From the IMG/VR virus record IMGVR_UViG_3300020219_000001: DNA of 64,000 nt; one strand, given 5' to 3'. Below the pieces are notes generated by a model. The model was given only the letters and a program-made list of their open reading frames with translations, had not been told where the DNA came from and ran no database searches. The position numbers and the translations under genes were made by a program. This document shows positions 1 to 9,849 of the stretch, piece by piece. Source of the DNA: an uncultured virus (IMG/VR IMGVR_UViG_3300020219_000001). Taxonomy: Duplodnaviria; Heunggongvirae; Uroviricota; Caudoviricetes. The first letter of the stretch is position 1. Each line of letters begins with the position of its first letter.

Positions 1-888
1 ATCGTCTGCAAGCCCAACAAGTCGGTGATGCGAGTCGCGCAAGCGATCGTCAACTCCGCAGAGAGTGCGATGCAGGGCAACCTCCAGCTTCGCGAACTCT
101 CGGATGGCTTCCAGTACCGCGAAGTCGAAGACGGTAAGGTCCCCTGCCGACACTGTGCTGCCACCGGTGAAGTCGCTGAGTGGTACGACCGCGAAGACAA
201 GGAGCGAACCTTCTCTGCGATCGACATGCTCAGCGCCGAGAAGGTACAGCGACTTGAGAAGCACATGATCGAATGTCCCGCCTGCGAGGGGACGAAGGAA
301 GTCAAGAAGCTCAAGCGGGTAACGAAGGAAGTGCCCTGCCCGAAGGATGACGCGCTCAATCAACTCCTGGAGGAGAACGACGAGCACGGCCGCATTGTGA
401 TCTTCGCCGGGTTCACCGGCTCCGTTGATCGCTGTGTGCGGCTATGCACCAAGAAGAACTGGGATGTCGTGCGATGCGACGGCCGCGGCTTCGAGGTGTT
501 CAAGTGCGACTCCAACGGTGATGTCAAGATTCTCAGCGGTGTGGATGCCCTGGACTACTGGGCAGATCGCGAGAACTTGCGAGTCGCGTTCGTCGCTCAC
601 CCGGAGTCCGGGGGAATGGGACTGACGCTGACCGAAGCCTGCATGGCCGTGTTCTGGTCGAACTCGTTCAAGCCGGAGTACCGGACGCAGTCTGAAGATC
701 GTATTCACCGGCCGGGTATCGACGAGAACCTCGGTGCCACGATCGTAGACCTCATCCATCTACCGTCTGACGACCGAGTCCTCCAGGTCATCCAGCAGGA
801 TCGCCATCTGGAACTGATGACGATGGGTGAGTTCAAGGATGTGCTCGACATCGAAGTCGAAGGCGAAGAGTTGACGCTAGCAGCATAA
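1..888 (+). CDS. SF2/SNF2-like helicase, C-terminal part (5'-truncated by the window edge), with a CxxC zinc-finger insertion
   Basis: HELICc-type motifs IVIFAGF, SGGMGLTLTEA and QSEDRIHRPG; CRHCAATG...CPACEGT insert. Confidence 0.85.
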   Translation: MVCKPNKSVMRVAQAIVNSAESAMQGNLQLRELSDGFQYREVEDGKVPCRHCAATGEVAEWYDREDKERTFSAIDMLSAEKVQRLEKHMIECPACEGTKEVKKLKRVTKEVPCPKDDALNQLLEENDEHGRIVIFAGFTGSVDRCVRLCTKKNWDVVRCDGRGFEVFKCDSNGDVKILSGVDALDYWADRENLRVAFVAHPESGGMGLTLTEACMAVFWSNSFKPEYRTQSEDRIHRPGIDENLGATIVDLIHLPSDDRVLQVIQQDRHLELMTMGEFKDVLDIEVEGEELTLAA

Positions 889-926
889 CACCACTTTCAC
901 CATCAACCAAGGTCCGAGTTCTGAGT

Positions 927-2216
927 ATGAAGTTGAACGACAAGAAGGTCACCGAGATTAAGCGGGACCTGGCTGATAATAAGCCGCAACCTGAGATCGC
1001 TAAGAAGTTCAAGATCAGCCGCTCGACGGTGTCCGACATCGCGACAGGTCGCATCCATAAGAAGGTCCCTTGGCCGGACGGCGATCAACCGATCAAACGA
1101 GCGGGTGGCCAGCGCAAAGCTGTTCCTGGCTTTGATCCGACCGACGAGCGAGTACGCGAGCTAGAAGCCGACAACCTGCATCTTCGCGAGGAACGGGATC
1201 ACGCACGCAAGTCCTTGCGGATGTCGAACAAGGAGCACGGTGTCTTCAAGGCAATCGTGAAGGAGATGGATGCCCGCATCCACCCCTTCAAGGCTCTGCC
1301 GCCGGCTCGACCAACGCGGGTGACCAAGGACACGATCGACGAACACGTGGTGCTCCATCTCAGCGACGGCCACCACGATCAGATCGTGACGCCCGAAGAG
1401 AGTGGTGGGTTGGAGGATTACAACTTCCCCATCTCGTGTCGCCGCGCCGAGGTGCTGGTTGACACGCTGCTGGACTGGACCCAGAAGACACTGAGTCCGC
1501 GGTTCAAGTTCCGGGTCTGTACGGTGTTCGCTTACGGTGACCACACCAGCGGCGAGATTCACGGTGCTGTTCAGCGATCGTACTTCCGCAACCAGTTCAA
1601 GAACTGCTTCGCGATCGGTCAGCTTCACGGCCTGATGTACCGAGACTTGGCCGCCTCGTTCGACCAGGTGAATGTGGTCTACCTCGCAGGTAACCACGGC
1701 CGCCGCTCGGTCAAGAAGGACTACCACGGTGCTCACGACAACTGGGACTACCTCGTCGGTGAGACGGCCCGGATGCACTGCCGGGATATGCCGAACATCA
1801 ACTTCCTGATCCCGAACGCCTTCAGCGTCAACGTGGACGTGAACGGTGTTGGCTTCAACCTGAGTCACGGCGACGACGTGCAAGGGAGCAGCGGGATTCC
1901 ATTCTACGGAATGGTCCGCCGCCAGAAGGGTTTGATCGCCCTCAACTCGATCAATGGTAAGCAACGGATTCGCTACTTCTGCATGGGCCACCATCACGTT
2001 CAGGGTGCGTTGGCCGACATCGACGGAGAGCTTGTGCTGAACGGGGCATGGGTTGGCACCGACAGCTATGCGTTCAACAGGTTCAGTGGCTATCGAGAAC
2101 CGAGCCAACTGATCCACGGGGTGAATCCCAAGCACGGGATCACGTGGAGGATGAACGTGCATCTCCGGACTCAAGACGAGAAGAAGGGACCTCGCCGGTA
2201 CAAGGTTGAAGTATGA
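927..2216 (+). CDS. N-terminal HTH fused to a calcineurin-like metallophosphoesterase
   Basis: HTH QPEIAKKFKISRSTVSDI; phosphoesterase motifs LSDGH, GD, GNHGR, SHGD, GHHH. Confidence 0.8.
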   Translation: MKLNDKKVTEIKRDLADNKPQPEIAKKFKISRSTVSDIATGRIHKKVPWPDGDQPIKRAGGQRKAVPGFDPTDERVRELEADNLHLREERDHARKSLRMSNKEHGVFKAIVKEMDARIHPFKALPPARPTRVTKDTIDEHVVLHLSDGHHDQIVTPEESGGLEDYNFPISCRRAEVLVDTLLDWTQKTLSPRFKFRVCTVFAYGDHTSGEIHGAVQRSYFRNQFKNCFAIGQLHGLMYRDLAASFDQVNVVYLAGNHGRRSVKKDYHGAHDNWDYLVGETARMHCRDMPNINFLIPNAFSVNVDVNGVGFNLSHGDDVQGSSGIPFYGMVRRQKGLIALNSINGKQRIRYFCMGHHHVQGALADIDGELVLNGAWVGTDSYAFNRFSGYREPSQLIHGVNPKHGITWRMNVHLRTQDEKKGPRRYKVEV

Positions 2217-2725
2217 GCATTTACCACGAAGACGACATCGAAGACGAGGACGATGAAGACTGCGATGACTTCGTTGATGTCCTGGACACGGATGAAGACC
2301 TGGACACGGATGAAGACCTGGAAAACTTCCTTGAAGTGCGTCCCTTCGTCACCGAATTCGGTTGGGTCCGTGACCGTCGATACCCGGGCTTTAAGGAGTT
2401 TCAAAGTGTAATCCCGATCCTACTCGGTACAAGCATCACGCTTAGTGACGCGATGTTGCAGACGGGATACCGGCACCATCTGGCTGACCCACTACTTGTT
2501 AGATCAGTCGCGATCTACTTGGAAGACAAACATGACGTTCGTCTCTGCGATAAGCGAAACGTGTGGGTGCAAGAGAAAAAGGTAGAGGCCGACTACGTTA
2601 TCCCCATCGACCGCGTGGTGTGGGACAAGTTCGACAAGGATGGATACAAGCTCAGGGAGCAGGGCTTCGAGATTCGTGAAGGCGGGGTGACCAGAAGGGT
2701 GTGGAACGTCAATGGCAATTCTTAA
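2213..2725 (+). CDS. Hypothetical protein with acidic N-terminus
   Basis: ATGA-coupled to the upstream gene; contains an 18-nt tandem duplication encoding LDTDED twice. Confidence 0.6.
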   Translation: MSIYHEDDIEDEDDEDCDDFVDVLDTDEDLDTDEDLENFLEVRPFVTEFGWVRDRRYPGFKEFQSVIPILLGTSITLSDAMLQTGYRHHLADPLLVRSVAIYLEDKHDVRLCDKRNVWVQEKKVEADYVIPIDRVVWDKFDKDGYKLREQGFEIREGGVTRRVWNVNGNS

Positions 2726-3242
2726 TCGAAAGCACGGTTACCTGTTTCTTGCGGAGCCGCACTGCGCGACTCGTTCGATTGAACAGGTGCTCAAGAACCA
2801 AGATGGTGCGGTCGCCATTGATGCGTGGGTCCATGTGAGCCACGAAGACCTCATCAAGAAGAAGATCATCAAGCCACACGAGCCGTTGTACACGTTCAGC
2901 GTCGTGCGGCACCCGGCCGACTGGATCGTAACCCGATACCACCATTTGACCGGGTGGCACTCCAAGGGATTCCACCCGTTCGTCAAGTACCACCTTGAGA
3001 ATAACTTGTGGGACCGCTCGGTGTTCATGCACGCCAAGAACACTGACCGAGTGATTCGGTACGAGTACCTGGCTCAGCAGTTGAACGAGATTCTGGAGAG
3101 CCGTGGCGCTCCTCCGGTCTCACTCGGCCGTCTGGGTCAGACGGCCAACAAGCAGGAGTGGCGTTCGTACTTCGACCGCGAAGAACTCGAACAGCTACCG
3201 ATCAAACTGAAAGACTTCTCCAACTACGGGTACAAGGTATGA
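2712..3242 (+). CDS. Sulfotransferase-family-like protein
   Basis: PAPS-site-like PHCATRSI and FSVVRHPADW motifs, followed by IRYE. Confidence 0.65.
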   Translation: MAILNRKHGYLFLAEPHCATRSIEQVLKNQDGAVAIDAWVHVSHEDLIKKKIIKPHEPLYTFSVVRHPADWIVTRYHHLTGWHSKGFHPFVKYHLENNLWDRSVFMHAKNTDRVIRYEYLAQQLNEILESRGAPPVSLGRLGQTANKQEWRSYFDREELEQLPIKLKDFSNYGYKV

Positions 3243-3905
3243 GTCTCGGACCGACGCGACGGATGGCACGGCGGATGACCCTCGTAGGGGACATTAAGCA
3301 ATACCTGTTCCCGAGCAGCCCGATTGAAGTCCTCTGTGAAGGTAATGAGTGGCACATCTTCACTGAGGGGGAATGGAATCACAAGGTACTCAGCGAGGTC
3401 GAGTTGCGAATTTCGGTTGCTGAACTCATCGTGGCGAACGCGAACGACTGGCTCCATCCGATCTTACACACGAATAAGGCTTGGGTCGGCTGGGCGAAGA
3501 TCAGCAGATTCCAACTGCTACTCCTCAACGAGAGCAGGGACGAGATTCTGAAAGGTTCTTTTGATGAACTCGACAGTTAGTGACTTCATCGACATCACGA
3601 AGCTCCAGCTTCACGACAAGATCATCCTCGAAACCGAGGAGGAATCCTGGACGCTGAAGGTGATCGGCCCGGCCGCGGCCATCGTGGAACTGACAACGAC
3701 GAGCAGGACGCTCCGGCTGACGAAGCCAGTCATTGGTCAGATCGTGGAAGCCTTCGAGTCGGATGAGTTCCAGCTTCGACATCCGCTGCGAATCATCAAG
3801 GGCTGGAAGATGCGAATCAAATTTGAAGACACGGACGTTGTCACTGCGGCTGTAACCACGGCCGTGATCGAAGGAGCGAGTGGTTGGTTTTACGAAGTGT
3901 TCTAG
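3239..3905 (+). CDS. Two coupled hypothetical proteins (3239-3580 and 3564-3905)
   Basis: Overlapping start/stop codons and coding-like codon usage; no motif recognised. Confidence 0.55.
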
Positions 3906-4022
3906 CGTCGTCCCTTCGGGGTGAACCTATACGACCGCATGGCTGGTGACTAGGAGTGCTGGGCACGGCAGTAACGGTAGGCCCTGGCGTTGCTGCCAGG
4001 GAGTCATGCGGGTAACGACGCT
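3904..4022 (+). ncRNA. Putative structured intergenic RNA of unknown class
   Basis: Nested helices AGCGTCGT/ACGACGCT, CCC-TTCG-GGG and CCGCATGGCT/AGTCATGCGG, plus two competing inner hairpins. Confidence 0.55.
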
Positions 4023-4040
4023 TTCTACAAGGAGAGGTAA

Positions 4041-4449
4041 ATGGGTTGGTCAAGAGGTTCGGCTCTCGCAGGAGAGCTATGGGACGAGGTTCGTGACTTC
4101 ATCCCAGAAGAGAAGCGACAAGTCGTCGCAGAGAAGATCATCAAGGCATTTCAGGACTACGACTGTGACACGCTCGGTGAAGCAGAGACTCTCGTTCGGG
4201 ATGCCGGATTGGAGAGCGAGTTCTACGATGAGTGAGAATCAGATTGTTGTTCGTAGGGGCGTCGGGTTCCTCCCGTTGCTCACGCTGTTGTTCATCGGGC
4301 TAAAGCTCGGGAACGTGATTAACTGGTCGTGGTGGTGGGTCTTGGCTCCGATGTGGGGTCCGCTGGCGATCATTGTCGCCCTCGCGGCCTTGCTGGGCTG
4401 CCTCATGCTCGTCATCGCGGTCATCGACGAATTCCAAAAGCGGCGGTAA
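4041..4449 (+). CDS. Small acidic protein (4041-4235) and small membrane protein (4228-4449)
   Basis: Strong RBS AGGAGAGG before 4041; the second ORF has hydrophobic helices and an LKLxxVINWSWWWV motif common in phage membrane proteins. Confidence 0.65.
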
Positions 4450-4453
4450 GTAA

Positions 4454-6961
4454 ATGAGCTTGCTCTTCATTGATAGCGAAACGTGCGGCTTGCACTCCAT
4501 GATGGTGCTCCTCCAGTACGCTGAAGACGATGGTCCGATCCATCTCTACAACGTCTGGAAGGAGCCGGTGTGGAAGACGCTCGAACTTCTGGAGTGGATC
4601 GCCCAGAACACGGTCGTCGGGTTTAACCTGGCGTTCGACTGGTTCCACGTCGTGAAGATTCACACGATCTGGTCTCTGCTACCGCAGGACTGGATTCCGG
4701 AAGAGCACATTGAAGAGATCGCCATGATGGAGCCGAAGGGCCGCGACGGGCTATGCCTCAAGCCGGCGGCCGCATGTGATCTGTTGCTCCATTCGCGAAA
4801 GAACCAATACCAAGCACTGATGGCCCGCGAGGACATCCGCATTCGGCGAGTACCGACGGTACTCGCTTATTCATTGGCGGACGAGTTGGAGAAGCGTGTC
4901 CAGATCGACGGCATCTTTTTCGCTCGCTCGAAGGACCCGGAAGCGCCACGTTGGAAGGTCTACGACATCTTCAAGAAGAACGTCCTCGACGAGGACTTCA
5001 AGGATGTCGTGCTGAAGTTCAAGCCGGCCGGCGGGTTGAAGTTCCTGGCTGAGTACGCCTTGGGCTTCGTCCCGAAGTTCCACTTCTCGGACGTTGAACT
5101 CGACAAGTCGTACCGGCCTGTCGAGCTTGGCTACGCGCCGATGGCACTCGCGATCAGCAGTCCCGAGAAGGGCTGGGAAGTCGAAGTCATCGAGAAGAAG
5201 AAGGCCCGCGACGGTAAGACGCTCAAGAAGATCAAGAAGAAGGGCTTCGCTTGGCCGGCGAAGATTCAGGCTCACATCGACCACTGGGCGATGAACGAGC
5301 CTGCCCGTGAGTACGCCTCCGACGACATCCTGTACACCCGGGAATTGTACAAACACTTCGGCAGCCCGGCTGCCGGCGACGACGACTCTACTCTGGCCTG
5401 CATGGTCCCCATCGTGAGGTGGAGAGGGTTCGAGATCGACCGCGAGGGTATGGAAGGACTGTTGCAGAAGGCCCAGGACACGGTCGCGAATGCACCGTGT
5501 AACATCAACAAGCCGACCGCAGTCCGCGCCTACCTGACTGAGGTGATGGATGAGATCGAAGCGGTCTTCATTGAGGATACCACGAAGAAGGCGAAGCTCG
5601 AAGGTATCGCTACCTGGACGGCCGACGATGACTTGTCGCCGCATCCCGCGGCGATCCGCGCGAGAGCGATCCTGAATGTGAAGCACGCCTCCAAGGAGAT
5701 CGAGCTTTACAACAAGCTGCTCATCGCGGGACGCTTCCATGCGTCCTTTAACGTCATCGGAACGATGTCTAGTCGTATGTCCGGCGGCGACGGGCTGAAC
5801 GCTCAGGCAATCAAGAAGACGAAGGAGGTACGCAAGAACTTCCCATTGAAGTGGGACGGCTACGAGCTATGCGGCGGTGACTTTGATGCGTTCGAGGTGA
5901 CCCTCGCCGACGCCGTCTACAACGATCCGCAGCTTCGCAAGGCGTTGGTCACCTTCATCGACTGCCATAAGTGCAAGGCGACTGGCAAGGTGAAACCGCT
6001 GTGCAAGTCCTGCAAGGAGTTGAAGAAGGCCAAGAAGGAACTACTGCCTGACTGTCCTGGTTGTGCCTTGATGGAGGATGAAGTCTGCGGCGGCTGTGAA
6101 GGCGCGAAGAAGACCACGAAGAAGATTCACGGTCTGTTCGGCATGGCGTTGTTCCCGGGCAAGACGTATGAGGAAATCCTCGCGTCTGAAGGCACGGACC
6201 ACGACATGTACACGATGGCGAAGAGCGGTGTGTTCGCGATGATCTACGGCGGTAACGCCGAGACACTTCATCGCAACCTGGGTATTCCTTTGGACGTTGC
6301 CCAAGCTGCTTACGAGATGTGGGGGAAGATGTTCCCCGGCATCGAGAAGGCTCGTCAACGCATCTTCCGGAACTTCTGCTCGATGCGTCAGCCGGACGGC
6401 CGGCAAGTCCTGTGGGAGGACCCGGCCGACTACTGCGAGACGTTCCTCGGCTTCCGCCGGTACTTCACGCTGGAGAACAAAATCTGCCGCGAGTTGTACC
6501 GGATGGCTCAGTCACCTCCGAAGGAATGGAAGTCCTGCCCGGCCAAGGTTGTGCGACGGCAGCGAGTTCAGACGGCTGGCGGGGCGGTGTCCTCAGCCCT
6601 GTACGGGGCTGCGTTCTCCCTCCAGCAGACGAACATGCGGGCCGCGGCCAACCACGAGATTCAGTCTCCTGGTGGCGAGATCACCAAGCGGGTGCAACGG
6701 AAGATTTGGGACCTGCAACCTGCCGGTCTCGACACGCTGTTCGTCGCACCCATGAACATCCACGACGAACTGGAATGCGTCACGCACCCGTCGTACATCG
6801 ACCCGGTCGCGGAAGCGGTCCGGGAAGGCGTGGAATCCTACCGCGCGAAGGTCGCGCTAATCGGCATGACCTGGAATAAGGGAATGCTGAACTGGGCAGA
6901 GAAGAAGGGTGGCTCGGTGACGGTGAAGATCAAACCGCCGGAGCTACAAAATGCCGTTTAG
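4454..6961 (+). CDS. polA: Family A DNA polymerase with 3'-5' exonuclease domain and Cys-rich insertion
   Basis: Exo motifs IDSET, FNLAFD, YASDD; polymerase motif A GDFDAFE, motif B KSGVFAMIYGG, motif C IHDE; also SSRMS and NHEIQS. Confidence 0.92.
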   Translation: MSLLFIDSETCGLHSMMVLLQYAEDDGPIHLYNVWKEPVWKTLELLEWIAQNTVVGFNLAFDWFHVVKIHTIWSLLPQDWIPEEHIEEIAMMEPKGRDGLCLKPAAACDLLLHSRKNQYQALMAREDIRIRRVPTVLAYSLADELEKRVQIDGIFFARSKDPEAPRWKVYDIFKKNVLDEDFKDVVLKFKPAGGLKFLAEYALGFVPKFHFSDVELDKSYRPVELGYAPMALAISSPEKGWEVEVIEKKKARDGKTLKKIKKKGFAWPAKIQAHIDHWAMNEPAREYASDDILYTRELYKHFGSPAAGDDDSTLACMVPIVRWRGFEIDREGMEGLLQKAQDTVANAPCNINKPTAVRAYLTEVMDEIEAVFIEDTTKKAKLEGIATWTADDDLSPHPAAIRARAILNVKHASKEIELYNKLLIAGRFHASFNVIGTMSSRMSGGDGLNAQAIKKTKEVRKNFPLKWDGYELCGGDFDAFEVTLADAVYNDPQLRKALVTFIDCHKCKATGKVKPLCKSCKELKKAKKELLPDCPGCALMEDEVCGGCEGAKKTTKKIHGLFGMALFPGKTYEEILASEGTDHDMYTMAKSGVFAMIYGGNAETLHRNLGIPLDVAQAAYEMWGKMFPGIEKARQRIFRNFCSMRQPDGRQVLWEDPADYCETFLGFRRYFTLENKICRELYRMAQSPPKEWKSCPAKVVRRQRVQTAGGAVSSALYGAAFSLQQTNMRAAANHEIQSPGGEITKRVQRKIWDLQPAGLDTLFVAPMNIHDELECVTHPSYIDPVAEAVREGVESYRAKVALIGMTWNKGMLNWAEKKGGSVTVKIKPPELQNAV

Positions 6962-6964
6962 AGG

Positions 6965-6990
6965 TGAACAGTGGGTAAGCAGCGGTGTAA
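6965..6990 (+). promoter_or_regulatory. Class II (putative phage-sigma) promoter TGAACA-N14-GTGTAA
   Basis: One of five copies with identical spacing; overlaps the start of the VRR-NUC gene. Confidence 0.6.
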
Positions 6991-7375
6991 TAAAGGTAGA
7001 CCCGAGTGGCACATACAGCAAGCCTTGATCGAGTTCCTCGGACATCGCGACTGGCTCGTCGAAGCCACACACGGCAATCTGTACCAGAAGGGGCTACCTG
7101 ACCTCTTCATCCACCACATCAAGTGGGGATACCGCTGGATCGACTGCAAGGTGAAGGGAAGATACTCCTTCACCAAGGCACAGAAGATCAAGTGGCCCAT
7201 CTGGGAAGCCCACGGCGTTGGCATCTGGATTCTCACCGGTGCTACGCAAGAAGAGTACGACAAGCTCTTCGACTCGCCCAACTGGCGAAAGTATTGGAAG
7301 CCCTCCTGGGGAGTGCTTCCCGACATTGACGCACTCCTCGACGAGATTACCGATGGACCTGATCCGGAAGACTAA
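6971..7375 (+). CDS. VRR-NUC-like PD-(D/E)XK nuclease (possible resolvase)
   Basis: E..IQ...I, GLPDL and WIDCK...G....Q pattern; located next to polA. Confidence 0.75.
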   Translation: MGKQRCNKGRPEWHIQQALIEFLGHRDWLVEATHGNLYQKGLPDLFIHHIKWGYRWIDCKVKGRYSFTKAQKIKWPIWEAHGVGIWILTGATQEEYDKLFDSPNWRKYWKPSWGVLPDIDALLDEITDGPDPED

Positions 7376-7820
7376 TGGGTGGTCGTGCATTCTCGAAGCC
7401 TTCGCGATGGCGATGGGCACGACCACTGAGGAACTGATTCGAGAGATCGGCCACGACGGCAGCCTTGTCCTCGACGAGACGCTACATGATCCTCTCGGCC
7501 GACGTGGCTTCCACGTCCAGGAGTTGATTCAAGCTGCGATCCACGCTGGTAAGTCCGTCACGCCCTTCGAGTTGATCCCGGCGATCTTGCTCCCCTCCGG
7601 GGGAACATTGCCGATTCGAGACATCGGACGGGGTGTCATCTTCAACCATCTGGTTGCATCCAGCCGCGGTGTCTTAACAGGGCGAAGTCGCTCTACCCCT
7701 CACGCAGTCGCCTTTGATCGTGGCAAGGTCTACGACTCGGCCGGCTATGTGTACGACTTCTCATTCCTCAACTGTGAACAGCGTGGTTTCTTCGCACAGT
7801 GTGCTTGGCTGGTGGCATGA
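7353..7820 (+). CDS. Putative papain-fold (C39-like) cysteine peptidase
   Basis: N-terminal WSC...AFAM and C-terminal HAVAFD...VYD suggest a Cys-His-Asp triad. Confidence 0.45.
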   Translation: MDLIRKTNGWSCILEAFAMAMGTTTEELIREIGHDGSLVLDETLHDPLGRRGFHVQELIQAAIHAGKSVTPFELIPAILLPSGGTLPIRDIGRGVIFNHLVASSRGVLTGRSRSTPHAVAFDRGKVYDSAGYVYDFSFLNCEQRGFFAQCAWLVA

Positions 7821-8485
7821 AGAAATCGCGGAAGACTTACTACCAACACCCAGCAGCCACTCGCGAATCCAACTTGGCACTTTACCCACGAGTCATTGCA
7901 GGAGACCCGAAGGCAGTCGAGGAGATGATCCTCTCCAACATGCCCTTGGTCACCGTGAAGGTGAACCGGTACCTAGACCAGTTCCCCCATCTGTCACACC
8001 TGACAGATGACTTGCTGTCTCAAGGGAATGCAGGGCTGGTCGCGGCGGTCAACCGAATGGTCGGCCGGTCGGCGGATAAGAAAAAGAATCCCACCGGGTT
8101 CATGTCGCTGTACATCCACCACTACGTCCGGAATCTCTTGTACACCGAGTGCGCGGTAAAGGTTCCACGCACTTCCTACTTTCGCAAGAAGCACAAGGGG
8201 CAAGAGATCAAGGTGCCAGTCAAAGAAGGATCGCTGACCGTAGATGACGTGTTTCAAAAGGAAGCGCAGGCGGACCCAAGAGCGATGGTGGACTTCATGG
8301 ACGAGTTGCTCGGAGCCTGTGATGACGAGAAGGACCGCCAGTTAATCCAGATGCGCATTGAGAACTACAGCGATTACGCAATCGCCGAAATCTTGGGTGT
8401 GCCGAAGTCAACGGTCTTCGACATGCGGAAGGCCATTCTGAGTCGCTTCCTCGAACGCAACCCTGAGTACAAGCAGCGTGATTAA
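7817..8485 (+). CDS. Phage RNA polymerase sigma-70-family factor
   Basis: Region 2 (GD..A.EEMILSNMPLV, DDLLSQGNAGLVAAV) and region 4 HTH (YAIAEILGVPKSTV). Confidence 0.85.
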   Translation: MKKSRKTYYQHPAATRESNLALYPRVIAGDPKAVEEMILSNMPLVTVKVNRYLDQFPHLSHLTDDLLSQGNAGLVAAVNRMVGRSADKKKNPTGFMSLYIHHYVRNLLYTECAVKVPRTSYFRKKHKGQEIKVPVKEGSLTVDDVFQKEAQADPRAMVDFMDELLGACDDEKDRQLIQMRIENYSDYAIAEILGVPKSTVFDMRKAILSRFLERNPEYKQRD

Positions 8486-9071
8486 GCGTATTCTCCTCGA
8501 CCTGGATGACACGTGTAACTCGTTCACGATGCACATCCTGGGCCGGCTAGGACTTCCGGTTGGCCCGTTCGACTACGACAAGTTCCCCGACGTGGGCTAC
8601 GACATTGTCGAAGCCTGGCACGTCCTCGGCGGCGAGCCGATGACGGAGATCGAGTTCTGGGAGTCGATCACTCGCGAGATGTGGGCAACCCTGCCGGTCT
8701 CGCCTGAGTTCCATCGGCTGTTTGCACTCTGCCGCAACCTGGTCGGCGGGGAGAACATCTGCATCCTCACGTCGCCCACGAAGGACCCTGACAGTTTGGC
8801 CGGTAAGCTCGAATGGATTCACGAGCAGTTTCCCTCATGGATGCACCGACAGTTTCTCATCGGACCACAGAAGCACTTCTGTGCGCATCCGGAAGCCCTG
8901 CTCATCGACGACAACGATGAGAAGGTGAATAAGTTTCGTGAGGAGGGCGGTCGTGCCCTGCTCGTTCCGCGACCCTGGAACTCAATGAAGGGTCGCAACA
9001 CTTGGGGTCACATCGACTCCGAGTTCCACTGGTTGAATTTGGAGAACATTGATGACGAGTCCCGTGCGTAA
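8478..9071 (+). CDS. HAD-family 5'(3')-deoxyribonucleotidase-like protein
   Basis: DLDDT motif I, ILTSP, GKLEW and LIDD. Confidence 0.85.
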   Translation: MIKRILLDLDDTCNSFTMHILGRLGLPVGPFDYDKFPDVGYDIVEAWHVLGGEPMTEIEFWESITREMWATLPVSPEFHRLFALCRNLVGGENICILTSPTKDPDSLAGKLEWIHEQFPSWMHRQFLIGPQKHFCAHPEALLIDDNDEKVNKFREEGGRALLVPRPWNSMKGRNTWGHIDSEFHWLNLENIDDESRA

Positions 9072-9471
9072 CAACATCCTCTTGCTGCTCCTGGTCGCCG
9101 TTGTATCGGCCGTAACCGCCCTTAACAGCTACACGACCAACGAGAACGCGAAGGTGTACCTGGAAGGTGTGAAGTACAACAACGAGGCCCATGCCGAGAA
9201 CATCATCGTCTCGGAGACGCTGTTCATCCTCGCGACTCGTGATCGACAGCTTGACGCCGCGATGGCCACGTTGATGGCTCAGACCGAACGTCTGGAGCAG
9301 ACCGAGCAGTTCGCCTTGTACTACAAGGGTGCCGCGGACGCCGCGATCGCCTACATCGGTGAATGCCGGGCACTCTTGGAGAAGAACAAGATCAAGCCAC
9401 CGGCGCTCCCGGGTGAGACCGGGCAACCGACGCCGGCCAAGAAGAAAGAGAAGGACGACAACACAGCCTGA
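9049..9471 (+). CDS. Membrane-anchored coiled-coil hypothetical protein
   Basis: N-terminal hydrophobic segment followed by a helical region. Confidence 0.55.
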   Translation: MMTSPVRNNILLLLLVAVVSAVTALNSYTTNENAKVYLEGVKYNNEAHAENIIVSETLFILATRDRQLDAAMATLMAQTERLEQTEQFALYYKGAADAAIAYIGECRALLEKNKIKPPALPGETGQPTPAKKKEKDDNTA

Positions 9472-9497
9472 TGAACAAGATGCTAGGTCTCGTGTAA
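9472..9497 (+). promoter_or_regulatory. Class II promoter TGAACA-N14-GTGTAA
   Basis: Intergenic; followed by RBS AAGGAG and the ATG at 9523. Confidence 0.75.
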
Positions 9498-9522
9498 CCA
9501 CTTTGGACAAGGAGACTAAAGC

Positions 9523-9849
9523 ATGAAAACCGTTCAGTTCATTCCGGTTAATCTGGTTAAGCAGGCCGCCTGGGACCTCCATGTGCATGGAGTGTCCCCG
9601 GTCCTGTTCTCTCGTCGGGAAACTCTGTACCCCACGATCCAGAAAGACCGCCGCCGCAAAGTGCGGAAAGAAGTGTTCCCGCTGGCACTCAGCAGGATCG
9701 GCGATCTTTATTCTCCCAGGAAAAGTCAATGGCGCGTAGAGAGTTTCTTCAGCTTGCGAAGCCTTATCGACCAGGTAAGGACAAGATCGCTGGCTGGTAC
9801 GTTAGCGAGAAGCTGGACGGCACTCGTTGTTTTTGGGACGGCGGCCTAA
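9523..9849 (+). CDS. Hypothetical basic protein overlapping the ligase start
   Basis: Promoter and strong RBS upstream; 121-nt overlap with the ligase gene. Confidence 0.45.
   Translation: MKTVQFIPVNLVKQAAWDLHVHGVSPVLFSRRETLYPTIQKDRRRKVRKEVFPLALSRIGDLYSPRKSQWRVESFFSLRSLIDQVRTRSLAGTLARSWTALVVFGTAA

Noticed and set aside
5940..6125. Intein in PolA
   Set aside because: No intein-type N-terminal block, no HN-C/S/T end and no LAGLIDADG motifs; it is a short Cys-rich insert.
9049..9471. Spanin or other lysis gene
   Set aside because: The TM plus coiled-coil layout fits, but no endolysin, holin or lipoprotein partner is nearby.
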